Assembly: GCA_964503685.1 (NCBI GenBank)
Contig: CAZDAW010000036.1
Coordinates: forward strand, 1 to 32,162
DNA: 32,162 nt
Direction of reading: 5' to 3'
Source: an uncultured Anaerolineaceae bacterium
Lineage (GTDB): Bacteria > Chloroflexota > Anaerolineae > Anaerolineales > Anaerolineaceae
The position numbers and the translations under genes were made by a program. Each line of letters begins with the position of its first letter. Within the stretch, counting starts at the first letter, position 1. The notes under the pieces are model-generated. The model had not been told where the DNA came from, did not search any database, and saw only the letters and a program-made list of their open reading frames with translations. Positions 18,050 to 27,294 of this stretch are shown here, piece by piece.

Positions 18050-19018
18050 ATGTATAAGCGTAAACTATTTTTATTGACGCTCCTGGTCATGTTATTGTGC
18101 GCTGCCTGTTCTTCTGCACGCCATGAGGCTCCAATTGCGAAGGAGATGGAGCAAGATGCAGCGCCGGCTATGGGGTTGCCTGCGCCGCAGGCGGATATGG
18201 CCGTGGCAGAAGAATCAAGAGTGTATAGCAATGAGGGTTATGCTGAACCAACCTCACAGGCCAAGGATGCCACCGGTAAACGTCTGGTGATCATGAACGC
18301 CGATTTGTCCATCGTTGTGGCTGATCCGCAAAAGAAGATGGATGAAGTTGCCAATATGGCTCAGGAACTGGGCGGATTCGTGGTAACATCCGGCCTGAAT
18401 AAAATGACCCTGGATAACGGCGTTGAGGTTCCTCACGCGTCTATTACCATCCGCGTTTTGGCAGAGAATTTCAATTCCGCTATTGAAAAAATCAAAGATG
18501 GCGCGATCGAAGTCAATTATGAGAACCGCACCGGACAGGATGTCACCAAGGAGTACACCGACCTTCAATCTCGTTTGCGCAGCCGGCAAGACGCCGAGGC
18601 TCGCCTGAAAGAGATTATGGCCTCTGCAACCAAAACTGAAGATGTGCTCAATGTGTTTAACCAGCTCACGCAGGTGCAGCAGGAGATTGAGGTGTTGAAA
18701 GGGCAGATCAAGTATTATGAAGAATCGGCTGCCTTATCGGCAATTTCTGTAGATATCAGTGCAGAAGCGTCTGTTCAACCGTTAAAGATCGGCGGCTGGC
18801 AGCCAGTTGGTGTGGCCCGTGACGCGGTCCAGGCGCTGATTTCGGCTCTTAAATTTGTCGTGAACGTTGTCATCTGGTTGATACTTTTCATCCTGCCGTT
18901 GGCGCTGGTTATCTACCTGCCGGCGCGCGGCATCTGGGTGTTGGTCAAACGCTGGCGTGCAAAACGCAAGGCAGCCAAGGGTGAGCTAATGACGCCCCCT
19001 GATCAGCCAAAGGTATAA
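18050..19018 (+). CDS. Lipoprotein, DUF4349-like (signal peptide with lipobox, coiled-coil, C-terminal TM anchor)
   Basis: Start set to the ATG at 18050 after AGGAGG. Lipobox LLCAAC. Central region (..DVTKEYTDLQSRLRSRQDAEARLKEIM..) and C-terminal hydrophobic helix match the DUF4349 pattern as remembered. Family assignment is from recall, not a search. Confidence 0.55.
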   Translation: MYKRKLFLLTLLVMLLCAACSSARHEAPIAKEMEQDAAPAMGLPAPQADMAVAEESRVYSNEGYAEPTSQAKDATGKRLVIMNADLSIVVADPQKKMDEVANMAQELGGFVVTSGLNKMTLDNGVEVPHASITIRVLAENFNSAIEKIKDGAIEVNYENRTGQDVTKEYTDLQSRLRSRQDAEARLKEIMASATKTEDVLNVFNQLTQVQQEIEVLKGQIKYYEESAALSAISVDISAEASVQPLKIGGWQPVGVARDAVQALISALKFVVNVVIWLILFILPLALVIYLPARGIWVLVKRWRAKRKAAKGELMTPPDQPKV

Positions 19019-19034
19019 TCATACAGCCTGATTA

Positions 19035-19070
19035 AAAACTCCCGAGACGAGCGTTTCGGGAGTTTTCTTT
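19035..19070. terminator. Bidirectional intrinsic terminator between the convergent DUF4349 gene and kinase gene
   Basis: CTCCCGA-N10-TCGGGAG hairpin followed by TTTTCTTT. Confidence 0.55.
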
Positions 19071-19087
19071 ATCTCAACCCAAATTTA

Positions 19088-21253
19088 TCAGGGCGTTTTG
19101 GGAAGAGGACGCCAGGCAGCGCCATAATCATTGTATTCATCGTTGGTTATGTTTTTCAGGCCTGTTCCCGATGTCATCATAATATAAATATCACGCACAT
19201 TGTCTTTGATGTGTTCATATGCCAGCCAGTCGCCGTCGGGAGAGTAATCGATGCCGTAAACAGGCGCCAGGCCTTCTTTGATCGCCTTGAAATCTTTGCC
19301 GACTGCATTAACTTTTTTTGAACCGATCTGCGGCATAGGGTCGCTGATGCTAAACATGATCGTTTCCTCTTTTGGCGACCAGGAAGGCATGAAGAAATGC
19401 GCCGTATCTCTGATCAAAGGACGTCGTTCTCCGCCCATGAGATCCATCGTGAAAACGTTGGGCGAACCCGTTTGCATTGTCGTAAATGCGAGTCGCTTGC
19501 CGTCAGGCGCCCATTCTGGATAAAAATCATCGCAGGTCAGCACTCGCGAAACCAGAGAGGTCTCTTTGCTGTTGATGTCATATAAGAAAATCCGGCTGAA
19601 ATCGATATCACGCACTGAGGTGAATGCGATTGTCGCGCCGTCTGGCGACCAGGCGGGGTCTGAATCACCTCCTGTCGATGAGAACAGAGGCCGGAGATTG
19701 CTTCCGTCGTAATTGATGACGAATAAAGCCGAATGGCTAAAAACGTTCTTGTGTTTGTACACTGCATTACGCTCGAAACCCTTTGGCGCAATACTTTCGC
19801 ACGGCGAACTGAAGACGATCTGGCTGCCGTCAGGCGACCAATCGGGCTGGCAGGCGCCATCCTGAACATCGGTGATCTGGCGTAATTGTTTACCGTCGGT
19901 GTTAATCACCCAGATTTGCGGTTTGCCTGAACGATCTGAAGCAAATGCAATTTCCCCGGTTCCGCCGCCCAGGCCAGGAGAAACGCCCGCGGTCGGGGTC
20001 TGCGTGGGCGCTTCTGTCGGGCCGGCTGTTGGGGAAATTTCTTCTGGTGGGGTAATAGTCATAATAGGTTCTGTTGTATCTGGCATGGGCGTGGACGTGA
20101 TATTTACTATGACATTCCCGGCATTTGCCTGGACGAGCGGCGTGGGCTCAGATGTTTCGAAAACGATGAACCCGGCATAATAGGCGACCCCAATCACGGC
20201 TGCCACGCCGATGATTCCCAGGATTAATATCCCCAGACCGCCCAATCCGAACAAGAGAGCTGTTTTGGCTTTAGGTCGTGTTTGACTGGCTGGTTGTGAT
20301 TTGGGCTGCGAAGCAGGTCGCGGCGTTGGCGTCCGACCTTCTAACCCTGCGCCTACCCCAATTACGGGGTTTGTCGGAATAGTTTGTGGGGGCGGCGGGG
20401 TGATAGTGATTGCGCTGTCATCAGCCGTCTTACGCCGGATGGTGGTATTGACTGCCAGGAGCGCCTGTTTGAATTCTGCCGCAGTCTGAAAGCGACTATT
20501 CTGCTCAATTGCCATTGCTTTCTCTATCACGTCTGCCAGGCCTTCTGATACTTCAGCGCCTGTTGCCCGCAAAGGAGTCAGTTCGGCTGTTTGCATGAGG
20601 CGCGATAAGCCATCTTCAGGCACCGCGCCGGATATTGCCGCATATAATGTTGCCCCCAATGAATAGATGTCTGATCTCTGATCAGTACCCTTGCCGTATT
20701 GTTCGGGCGGCGCAAAGCCAGGTGTATAAGCCTGCGCGCCGATGGTGGTTGCCTGGTTCGATTGAAATACTTTTGCCAGGCCAAAATCAACCAGGAATAC
20801 TTGACCGGTTGGAGTAATTTTGATATTACCGGGTTTGATATCCCGATGCAGGATTGGGGATGGAAGACTGTGCAGGTAATTTAGAGCGTCGCATATTGCT
20901 ATCCCGATCAATATCACGTCGCTTTCAGGCAGTTTTCCAAGGCGGGTCATACGCTGGCGTAAATCTTCACCGGCGATATAATCCATCACTAAATATTGCC
21001 CCTGGCCTTCGATAACAAAATGATCGGTGACACGCGGCAAATTGGAATGCCGCAGGCTGGCAAGGATGTTTGCTTCTTTATGAAACTGTCTGGAATACTC
21101 TTCGGTGGGATTCAGATTTTCTTTTACTGCTACTTCGACGCCTAGACTTTCATCTACCGCATGATAGATCGCGCCCATTCCGCCCTTGCCCAGAAGGCCA
21201 GCAATCCGGTAACGCGAATGCAATAAGGTACCCGCATCAAGCGTCATAATCAC
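19088..21253 (-). CDS. Ser/Thr protein kinase - TM - PD40/TolB-like beta-propeller receptor, paralog 1
   Basis: Hanks kinase domain (GKGGMGAIY, VAVK, HRDIKPGNI, DFGLAK, PE motif). P/T/Q-rich linker, one TM (LLFGLGGLGILILGIIGVAAVIGVAYYAGFIVF). Extracytoplasmic repeats of the PD40 type (DWSPDGSQIVFSS, AWSPDGATIAFTS, EWAPDGKRLAFTT, DYSPDGDWLAY). Confidence 0.85.
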   Translation of the reverse strand: MIMTLDAGTLLHSRYRIAGLLGKGGMGAIYHAVDESLGVEVAVKENLNPTEEYSRQFHKEANILASLRHSNLPRVTDHFVIEGQGQYLVMDYIAGEDLRQRMTRLGKLPESDVILIGIAICDALNYLHSLPSPILHRDIKPGNIKITPTGQVFLVDFGLAKVFQSNQATTIGAQAYTPGFAPPEQYGKGTDQRSDIYSLGATLYAAISGAVPEDGLSRLMQTAELTPLRATGAEVSEGLADVIEKAMAIEQNSRFQTAAEFKQALLAVNTTIRRKTADDSAITITPPPPQTIPTNPVIGVGAGLEGRTPTPRPASQPKSQPASQTRPKAKTALLFGLGGLGILILGIIGVAAVIGVAYYAGFIVFETSEPTPLVQANAGNVIVNITSTPMPDTTEPIMTITPPEEISPTAGPTEAPTQTPTAGVSPGLGGGTGEIAFASDRSGKPQIWVINTDGKQLRQITDVQDGACQPDWSPDGSQIVFSSPCESIAPKGFERNAVYKHKNVFSHSALFVINYDGSNLRPLFSSTGGDSDPAWSPDGATIAFTSVRDIDFSRIFLYDINSKETSLVSRVLTCDDFYPEWAPDGKRLAFTTMQTGSPNVFTMDLMGGERRPLIRDTAHFFMPSWSPKEETIMFSISDPMPQIGSKKVNAVGKDFKAIKEGLAPVYGIDYSPDGDWLAYEHIKDNVRDIYIMMTSGTGLKNITNDEYNDYGAAWRPLPKTP

Positions 21254-21352
21254 CCTTCCCTAAAAATAAGAATAAGAACATACTATTCTTTTATACATTT
21301 ATAAGGCATAAAGTGCAAGGAAAAATAAAAGCCTGTTTGTGTGATATCCTGA

Positions 21353-23455
21353 TTATGGACGCCAGGCTGGGCTGCTATCTGAACTGGGGTCGGTCGTGAG
21401 CCGCCGGATATTTGATCCGGTGGGCGTCATAACGTAAATATCGTGATTTCGGCCATCCGGCCAGCTTTCATAAGCCAGCCAGAATCCATCTGGCGAGAAG
21501 CTCACAAGCGCTACGGGCCCAAAATCTGATTTTGGACTTGCCGGTATCCGGTTTTCTTTATGGCTGAAGCGGTCTTCGTAGCGGATACTGGCTAAACGAG
21601 AAAATTTACCTTCCAGGCTCTGAACCACAAAGAAAATTGCCTGTCCATCGGGCGACCATACCGGGGTACTATTTTTAACATTTCCGCTTTGTGAAAGCAT
21701 CAACTCATTGTCTCCATTATCAGTCATGATCCAGACCTGGTAGTTGCCTTTCTTCCTTACAAACGCCAGTAGCGTCCCGGTTGGAGACCAGGCTGGGTAT
21801 CGCTCCGAGTAATCGTTATCAGACACATTTGTAGTTGTACGGTCAATAAGATTATAGATGTAAATTTGGGTGTGATTATCCCGTAAAGATGTAAAGGCAA
21901 TGCGGTTGCCGTCCGGCGACCAGGAAGGATCAAAGTCGCCGCCTGGTACAATGGGCAACGGCGTCAACCCCGAACCGTCATAGTTGATAATGTATAGGCT
22001 GGCGCCATTGTACTCATTCTCGTCTCCCCGGCAGGGAGAAACGAACACGAGTTGCATTCCATCCGGCGACCAGGCTGGCTGACAGGCGCCATCCGGTGTG
22101 TTTGTAATTTGGCGCTGGTTTGTACCATCGGCTCTCATAACGAAAATCTGGGGGGTGCCTGTGCGATTTGAGACGAAAGCAATTTCACCGACGCCGCCGC
22201 CCATCGGCGTTGCTGTCGGCGCCAGTGGTGTGGGCGTCTGGATAATTGTTTCTGGCGCAGCGGAGGTTTCATTGGCGGCTGTTGATAGCGGCGTCTGATG
22301 TACGGGGGTTGATAATGCTATTTCCGGGGTCACTCCCGTTTCAGCCATTGATACGAGCGGAGTCGGTGTGCTAAACACATTAAATATAGTGGCCCGGATA
22401 TTCTGAGTAAAATCTGGTAAAAAGTAATAGACAAGTCCTGCCGCGATCAGACCCGTAAAAACCATCGCTGTTTGCCAGATACGCCTGCGTTGTCTTTGCT
22501 TTGCAAGGCGACTCTTGGATATTGGCCTGACGATCTCTTTATCTGGGATATCTACATCGAGCGAGGCGTCATTAAAAGGAGATACGGGTTCTTGTTTTGT
22601 ATATGGCGCAGGAGCAATGGTGATATCTTCCATAATATGCCGGCTGCTATTACTGGCGTTTATCAAGGCGTATTTAAATTCAAGCGCTGATTGGTAACGT
22701 TCGTCAGCAGTTAAAGCCAGTCCTTTTTCAATTGTAACGGCAAGGCGGCGAGATATCTTGGGGTTGATCTTACGCAATGGAGTCAATTCGGCGTTGCCTG
22801 TTGCTCGCGCCAGGCTATCTTCAGGTATCACACCCGTCAGGGCAACATAGAGTGTTGCAGCAAGCGAATAGATGTCCGAGCGGGAATCTGTTCGCGCGGT
22901 TCCATATTGCTCAGGTGGGGAATATCCTGGCGTCATCGCTCTCGCGCCGGTCGTTGTTGTTTGAGATCCTGACATCACCTTCACCAGTCCAAAATCTACC
23001 AGCACAATCTGTCCGTCTGGGGTGATTTTGACGTTGCCAGGTTTTACGTCCCGGTGAACGATTGGAGATGAACGGGTATGTAAATAATTTAAACCTTCAC
23101 AGATCGCAATACCGATTCGAATGACATCTTCTTCAGGGAGTGTACCAACACGCTCCATTCGTTCCCGTAGATCTTCTCCGGCAATATAATCCATTACCAG
23201 GTATTGCCCCTGACCAGGAACGACAAAATAATCAATCACCCGCGGCAGGTTGGTAAAACGCAAGGTTGCCAGTACGGTTGCCTCACGGCGAAATTGTCGG
23301 GCGAATTCATCTGACAGGAACAGATTCTCTTTGACGGCGACATCGATTTCGAGGTTATCATCAATGGCGCGATAAACCGCGCCCATGCCTCCTTGTCCCA
23401 GGACATCGACGATTCGATACCGGTTATTGAGAATTGTCCCGTTCTCAAGCGTCAT
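21353..23455 (-). CDS. Ser/Thr protein kinase - TM - PD40/TolB-like beta-propeller receptor, paralog 2
   Basis: Same architecture: HRDVKPGNV, DFGLVK; TM MVFTGLIAAGLVYYF; PD40 repeats AWSPDGMQLVFVS, SWSPDGNRIAFTS, AWSPTGTLLAFV, VWSPDGQAIFFV, SFSPDGFWLAYES. Confidence 0.85.
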   Translation of the reverse strand: MTLENGTILNNRYRIVDVLGQGGMGAVYRAIDDNLEIDVAVKENLFLSDEFARQFRREATVLATLRFTNLPRVIDYFVVPGQGQYLVMDYIAGEDLRERMERVGTLPEEDVIRIGIAICEGLNYLHTRSSPIVHRDVKPGNVKITPDGQIVLVDFGLVKVMSGSQTTTTGARAMTPGYSPPEQYGTARTDSRSDIYSLAATLYVALTGVIPEDSLARATGNAELTPLRKINPKISRRLAVTIEKGLALTADERYQSALEFKYALINASNSSRHIMEDITIAPAPYTKQEPVSPFNDASLDVDIPDKEIVRPISKSRLAKQRQRRRIWQTAMVFTGLIAAGLVYYFLPDFTQNIRATIFNVFSTPTPLVSMAETGVTPEIALSTPVHQTPLSTAANETSAAPETIIQTPTPLAPTATPMGGGVGEIAFVSNRTGTPQIFVMRADGTNQRQITNTPDGACQPAWSPDGMQLVFVSPCRGDENEYNGASLYIINYDGSGLTPLPIVPGGDFDPSWSPDGNRIAFTSLRDNHTQIYIYNLIDRTTTNVSDNDYSERYPAWSPTGTLLAFVRKKGNYQVWIMTDNGDNELMLSQSGNVKNSTPVWSPDGQAIFFVVQSLEGKFSRLASIRYEDRFSHKENRIPASPKSDFGPVALVSFSPDGFWLAYESWPDGRNHDIYVMTPTGSNIRRLTTDPSSDSSPAWRP

Positions 23456-23689
23456 ATCAAATTGATTCCAATACTAAGATCGATTCTAACCCATGTCGCG
23501 TGTTTTGAAAGTAAATTACATCCAAAAAAAGATAGAATACCGGATTACCAGCTAATTTAATAAATTACTCTTGCATTATATCAAAACAATTAACCTTGAG
23601 GTATTGCAAATTGGCCGATGTTATGGATCAATTTTTTAAAATCAAGGCATGCTATAATTTCTGTAACACGCGCTTGCCGGGAAACCTTT

Positions 23690-24556
23690 ATGTATCTGGA
23701 TATTCATACGACTGTGCGAACCGCTTTTTTTTTGTCGTTAGCTGGCATCGTCATTTGTTTGATTGTCGGTGTTCGCTCGATACGCGGTGCACGTTATCTG
23801 CGATATTTCAAGATGCGCCGCGAGCAGGCGCTGTATGGCTGGCGGCTTATCCTGACTTCGCTCTTCCTGTGCGCCGTCGCTGTTCTTCTTAATTCCTATG
23901 CGGAGCCGCTCATTTATAAAGCTTTTCCGCCAACGGCAACGATTACGTTGACTCCTACCACTACATTGACGCCCACCATCACGCTGACGCCTACAGTAAC
24001 CCTGACGCCCACCATCACGCTGACGCCGGCTGTCAGCGATACACCAACTGCCACAGTCACACCTTCAATGCCGATGGCCATCGAAGCCAGCTTCAGCAGT
24101 ACAGTAACCCCAAATCCTGAGGCGATCTTCAGTCCTCTGCAATTTGCGCTCAGCCTGGATAGCTCTTATCAGGCGCAAAACGTGCAGGAGGTTTTCACGA
24201 TTCCTTTTAATCATATTTATGCTGTCTTTAGTTACGATAAAATGGTCGATGGCGCGCAGTGGTCAGCGATCTGGTACAGACAGGGCAAAATGGTTTATTT
24301 CGAGTCAAAGCCGTGGGATGGAGGAACAGGCGGTTACGGTTTTGCGGATTGGAGCCCCAAACCCGAAGATTTATACCCCGGGGAATATGAAGTTCAGATC
24401 TTTGTCGGGATGGATTGGAAAATAAGCGGGTTTTTCACCGTTGAGGGGAATCCACCGCAAATTTTGCCCACTCAAACTTTGACTCCAACGCCGGCTCAAA
24501 CTGCCGGAGGAACTCTGACTCCTCAACCGACTGCTGCGAAGAATTCACCCGAATAG
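23690..24556 (+). CDS. Hypothetical membrane protein with a (T-x-T-L-T-P)x5 linker and an uncharacterised C-terminal domain
   Basis: Start set to the ATG at 23690 (M25 of the track ORF), ~30 nt downstream of a TGcTATAAT extended -10 at ~23650-23658. Two N-terminal TM helices; C-terminal ~150 aa domain of unknown family; P/T-rich tail. Confidence 0.55.
   Translation: MYLDIHTTVRTAFFLSLAGIVICLIVGVRSIRGARYLRYFKMRREQALYGWRLILTSLFLCAVAVLLNSYAEPLIYKAFPPTATITLTPTTTLTPTITLTPTVTLTPTITLTPAVSDTPTATVTPSMPMAIEASFSSTVTPNPEAIFSPLQFALSLDSSYQAQNVQEVFTIPFNHIYAVFSYDKMVDGAQWSAIWYRQGKMVYFESKPWDGGTGGYGFADWSPKPEDLYPGEYEVQIFVGMDWKISGFFTVEGNPPQILPTQTLTPTPAQTAGGTLTPQPTAAKNSPE
23936..24028 (+). repeat. Five tandem 18-nt repeats encoding T(I/T/V)TLTP
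   Basis: Units acgattacgttgactcct / accactacattgacgccc / accatcacgctgacgcct / acagtaaccctgacgccc / accatcacgctgacgccg. Coordinates approximate. Confidence 0.7.
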
Positions 24557-24586
24557 CGATAGGTTCATTTATAAGAACAGGGATCG

Positions 24587-25753
24587 TTATCCTTCTATTG
24601 GTTTAAAAACAGCCATCACGACTCCCCAGATGGAAAATGATGTATCGCCGGCCTCAAACCGGCGTTCCTTGATATTCTCATCGCTGCTATGTGGCTTGAG
24701 AATGTGGGTGTTGCCCTCATACAGGTATTCTTTCAACAAGGCTTGTGAAACATCTTCGTCCTGAATTTCTGCCACAACGATGTCTCCATTCTTTACATTA
24801 CTCAGGTCGCACCGCCGAACGAGAACGCAGTCGTTATTGTTGATTCCAGTGAATCGGCCCAATTTATATTGATCCATGCTGACGCCATTGACTCGCAGCA
24901 CAGCCACTTCATCGCGCGCGGTGTTGATCAGGTTATCATCTTTACGGATACTCACAATCATGTGAGGAATTTCATTAATTACCACCTGACTGACCTGCAC
25001 ATAATCCAGCGGAACGGACTGGTCTCCAAAATACCTGGGAATGCCGGCTGATACCTTTTCGACCACGGGGTACAATTGCAACAGGTCTTCCCACAGAGCG
25101 AATAATGGCATGATGATATTCTGGCCTGTTTCACCGGTAGAACTTGCCTGATCGTCGTGCGGCCGAATGATTTCCGGTTCCTCTGATTCGTTTTTAGAAG
25201 GACTTGTCTCGATAGAAATGCTTTGAAATACCTGTTCATATTGGCGCGTCATTTCGCTTCGACAGGTTTCGTACCATTCCCGTTTTTCGGGTGAAGAGCA
25301 ATTGGCTTCTTGGGCGGTGATTGATTCGATACAGCGCCGCCACAGAACGGCTGCATCGTCTTGTTTGCCGTCGAGTTGCCAGAGAATGCACCCCATCATC
25401 CATTTGGCGATTGTGCTTTCATATTGATTGGGAAAAAATTTTATTACCGCTTCCCCTAATATTTTCCTGGCTTCCTCCATGCGCCCAATCCCATAGGCAG
25501 TTAACCCGCATTCCAGCAGGGTATATGCCTGTTCCATGCGGTCAGTGAACGTGAGACTGGTTTTGATCAGCCGTTTGATTAAAGCCATTTCGCGTTTGAA
25601 ATTGCTAATTCCATGTTTCCGATTATCATCAATGGCGTCTTGAATTTTGGTGAGAAGCTGTCGTGTTTCTGGCTGTGGGTAGCAATCGGCGTTGAAATGG
25701 TTTAACCATTCGTAGGCCAATTTCATCAAGTGAGTAAAATCGATTGCGTCCAT
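24587..25753 (-). CDS. TPR-like helical N-terminal domain fused to an S24 (LexA/UmuD/CI-type) serine autopeptidase domain
   Basis: C-terminal ~150 aa align residue by residue with the LexA C-terminal domain. Ala-Gly cleavage site in VEKVS-A236-G237-IPRY (LexA VGRVA-A-G-EPL). Ser nucleophile in LRVNGVS292M (LexA LRVSGMSM). General-base Lys in SQALLK341EY (LexA VTVKRL). No HTH in the N-terminus; instead ~220 aa of helical TPR-like repeats (..ECGLTAYGIGRMEEARKILGEAVIKF.., ..AKWMMGCILWQLDGKQDDAAVLWRRCIESI..). Start is 2 nt after the stop of the upstream SPFH gene. Confidence 0.7.
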   Translation of the reverse strand: MDAIDFTHLMKLAYEWLNHFNADCYPQPETRQLLTKIQDAIDDNRKHGISNFKREMALIKRLIKTSLTFTDRMEQAYTLLECGLTAYGIGRMEEARKILGEAVIKFFPNQYESTIAKWMMGCILWQLDGKQDDAAVLWRRCIESITAQEANCSSPEKREWYETCRSEMTRQYEQVFQSISIETSPSKNESEEPEIIRPHDDQASSTGETGQNIIMPLFALWEDLLQLYPVVEKVSAGIPRYFGDQSVPLDYVQVSQVVINEIPHMIVSIRKDDNLINTARDEVAVLRVNGVSMDQYKLGRFTGINNNDCVLVRRCDLSNVKNGDIVVAEIQDEDVSQALLKEYLYEGNTHILKPHSSDENIKERRFEAGDTSFSIWGVVMAVFKPIEG

Positions 25754-25755
25754 TT

Positions 25756-27282
25756 TTATCTCACTTCAGATCCATTTTTATCTTCCGGTTGAGCGTTATA
25801 CAAATCTTGATCGGCGCCGGTCTGGTTTTTCTCGGACATGACGTCCAATATTTGGGCCGTACGCAGCAGGATCAGATTGCGCAAGTTTTGACGATGGTCG
25901 CCTGTCAATCCAATCTCATCCAATCCTTCAACGATATTGGTCAATAAGTCTGCCTGGGCTTCTGCTCGCCCAAGTTCCTGATAGGCCAGGCGCTTGGCTT
26001 CTCCGGTTGCCCGTGTGATTGAAGCGTTGCCCATCCACTTTGCCTGCCAGGAGTGGATGCGTTCCAGGTCTATTTTGCTTTCGGGTATCTCAAATCGCCC
26101 GATATCAATCCAGACCAGTTCTGTTCCGACGTTGTTAAATGTTGATATGACCGGGCCAGAACGGAATTCATCCTTGATTTCCCGGCGGGGGTCTTTGCCG
26201 CCGGGGCCAGGCGCCGTCAGATCATCAATTCCATGTCTGTTGATATAGCGGGTGATCGTCGTTTTTACATTCTGCTGAATGGTTGACTGCCAGGATACCA
26301 GCCCTTCTTTATCTACATTGCGGTTGAAGGCCAGGTCGCGCAGCGCTTTTTCCGAAAATGGATAGGGATCTGACATGGATCGGTATCCCTGTTGCTCGGC
26401 TGGCGGCCTTAAGCGCAACCGGTAACGGAAACGGATATCGAGAACTTTGATCATAATCCCGTCTTTTGTCGTGGCCACCATGTTTTCAATGGAACCAGCC
26501 TGATCGCTCAAGCTGACAATCTCTCGAATCCGTTCAAAACGCAAAACAGGGTAGCGCCCTTCGTGGATAACTGGCAGATTGCTCCCTGCTTTTTCGACCA
26601 GAACGGCATAACCGGGCTCCACAACCAGATAACCGGGGCCGCCAAATATATCCAGGGGGTTCATCTCGTCTTCGACGAGAATCTTTTCTCCGCCTTTTAT
26701 TCTCAGGATGGGATAGCCCAGGCCAAACAGGCTGCTAAACAGATAGGATGCATTTTTCCGAATACCATCCAGATTATAAATATCCTGCAGGTTGTGGGCA
26801 GCTATTAACCAGACGATCACCAGCGCGGCAAAAGGCGCAATGGCATAGCGCAGGGTCTTCAGGGTGAGAAAGAATGCCATCGATTCGAGTAGAAAATCGG
26901 GGAATGTTTCCAGATTGGGGTTGTTTATTCGCCATTCAGCTACCGTAGCGGTTGTATCAACATCTTCAAAAAGCGCTCCACCCATAACGATCATGATAAA
27001 GAAAACGATGAGGGTTAATAGAAGGCGCAGGTTCGCCCAGCCAAAATCACCTGAGACCAATTTGCCAAATTGGGTGCTTAATCGGCGGTCAAAACCCTGC
27101 CGGCGATCGTCGGTTTGCCGGCGGTCAATACCGCTGCGCCGTTCGTAATTCCGCCGGTCTTTTCGTCCGGGAGGAAGTTCATTGCGCTGACGCCGATCGA
27201 TGCCGGAACGTCGTTCGACGCCCTGGCGCCGATCAAGATTTTGCCGGCGATCTTTTCCTCTTGGGCGGTACAAATGAAACAT
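25756..27282 (-). CDS. SPFH/band-7 (stomatin/HflK-like) membrane protein with an N-terminal Arg-rich DRRQ-repeat tail
   Basis: Residues 1-70 are repeats of (D/E)RR(Q/S): KDRRQNLDRRQGVERRSGIDRRQ...KDRRNYERRSGIDRRQTDDRRQGFDRR. Two hydrophobic helices follow. SPFH core: ..GGPGYLVVEPGYAVLVEKAG..ENMVATTKDGIMIKVLDIRFRYRL..LVWIDIGRFEIP... Ala/Glu-rich coiled-coil tail ..WQAKWMGNASITRATGEAKRLAYQELGRAEAQADLL... AGGA SD 6 nt upstream; 12 nt after the upstream gene's stop. Confidence 0.65.
   Translation of the reverse strand: MFHLYRPRGKDRRQNLDRRQGVERRSGIDRRQRNELPPGRKDRRNYERRSGIDRRQTDDRRQGFDRRLSTQFGKLVSGDFGWANLRLLLTLIVFFIMIVMGGALFEDVDTTATVAEWRINNPNLETFPDFLLESMAFFLTLKTLRYAIAPFAALVIVWLIAAHNLQDIYNLDGIRKNASYLFSSLFGLGYPILRIKGGEKILVEDEMNPLDIFGGPGYLVVEPGYAVLVEKAGSNLPVIHEGRYPVLRFERIREIVSLSDQAGSIENMVATTKDGIMIKVLDIRFRYRLRLRPPAEQQGYRSMSDPYPFSEKALRDLAFNRNVDKEGLVSWQSTIQQNVKTTITRYINRHGIDDLTAPGPGGKDPRREIKDEFRSGPVISTFNNVGTELVWIDIGRFEIPESKIDLERIHSWQAKWMGNASITRATGEAKRLAYQELGRAEAQADLLTNIVEGLDEIGLTGDHRQNLRNLILLRTAQILDVMSEKNQTGADQDLYNAQPEDKNGSEVR
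27100..27282 (-). repeat. Imperfect tandem nucleotide repeats encoding the DRRQ / ERRSGIDRRQ peptide repeats
   Basis: Plus strand shows repeated ccggcgRtc / gccgatcga / cgccggtc units. Protein-level repeat ERRSGIDRRQ occurs twice exactly plus degenerate DRRQ/DRRN copies. Confidence 0.5.
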
Positions 27283-27294
27283 TTTTTATCCTGT

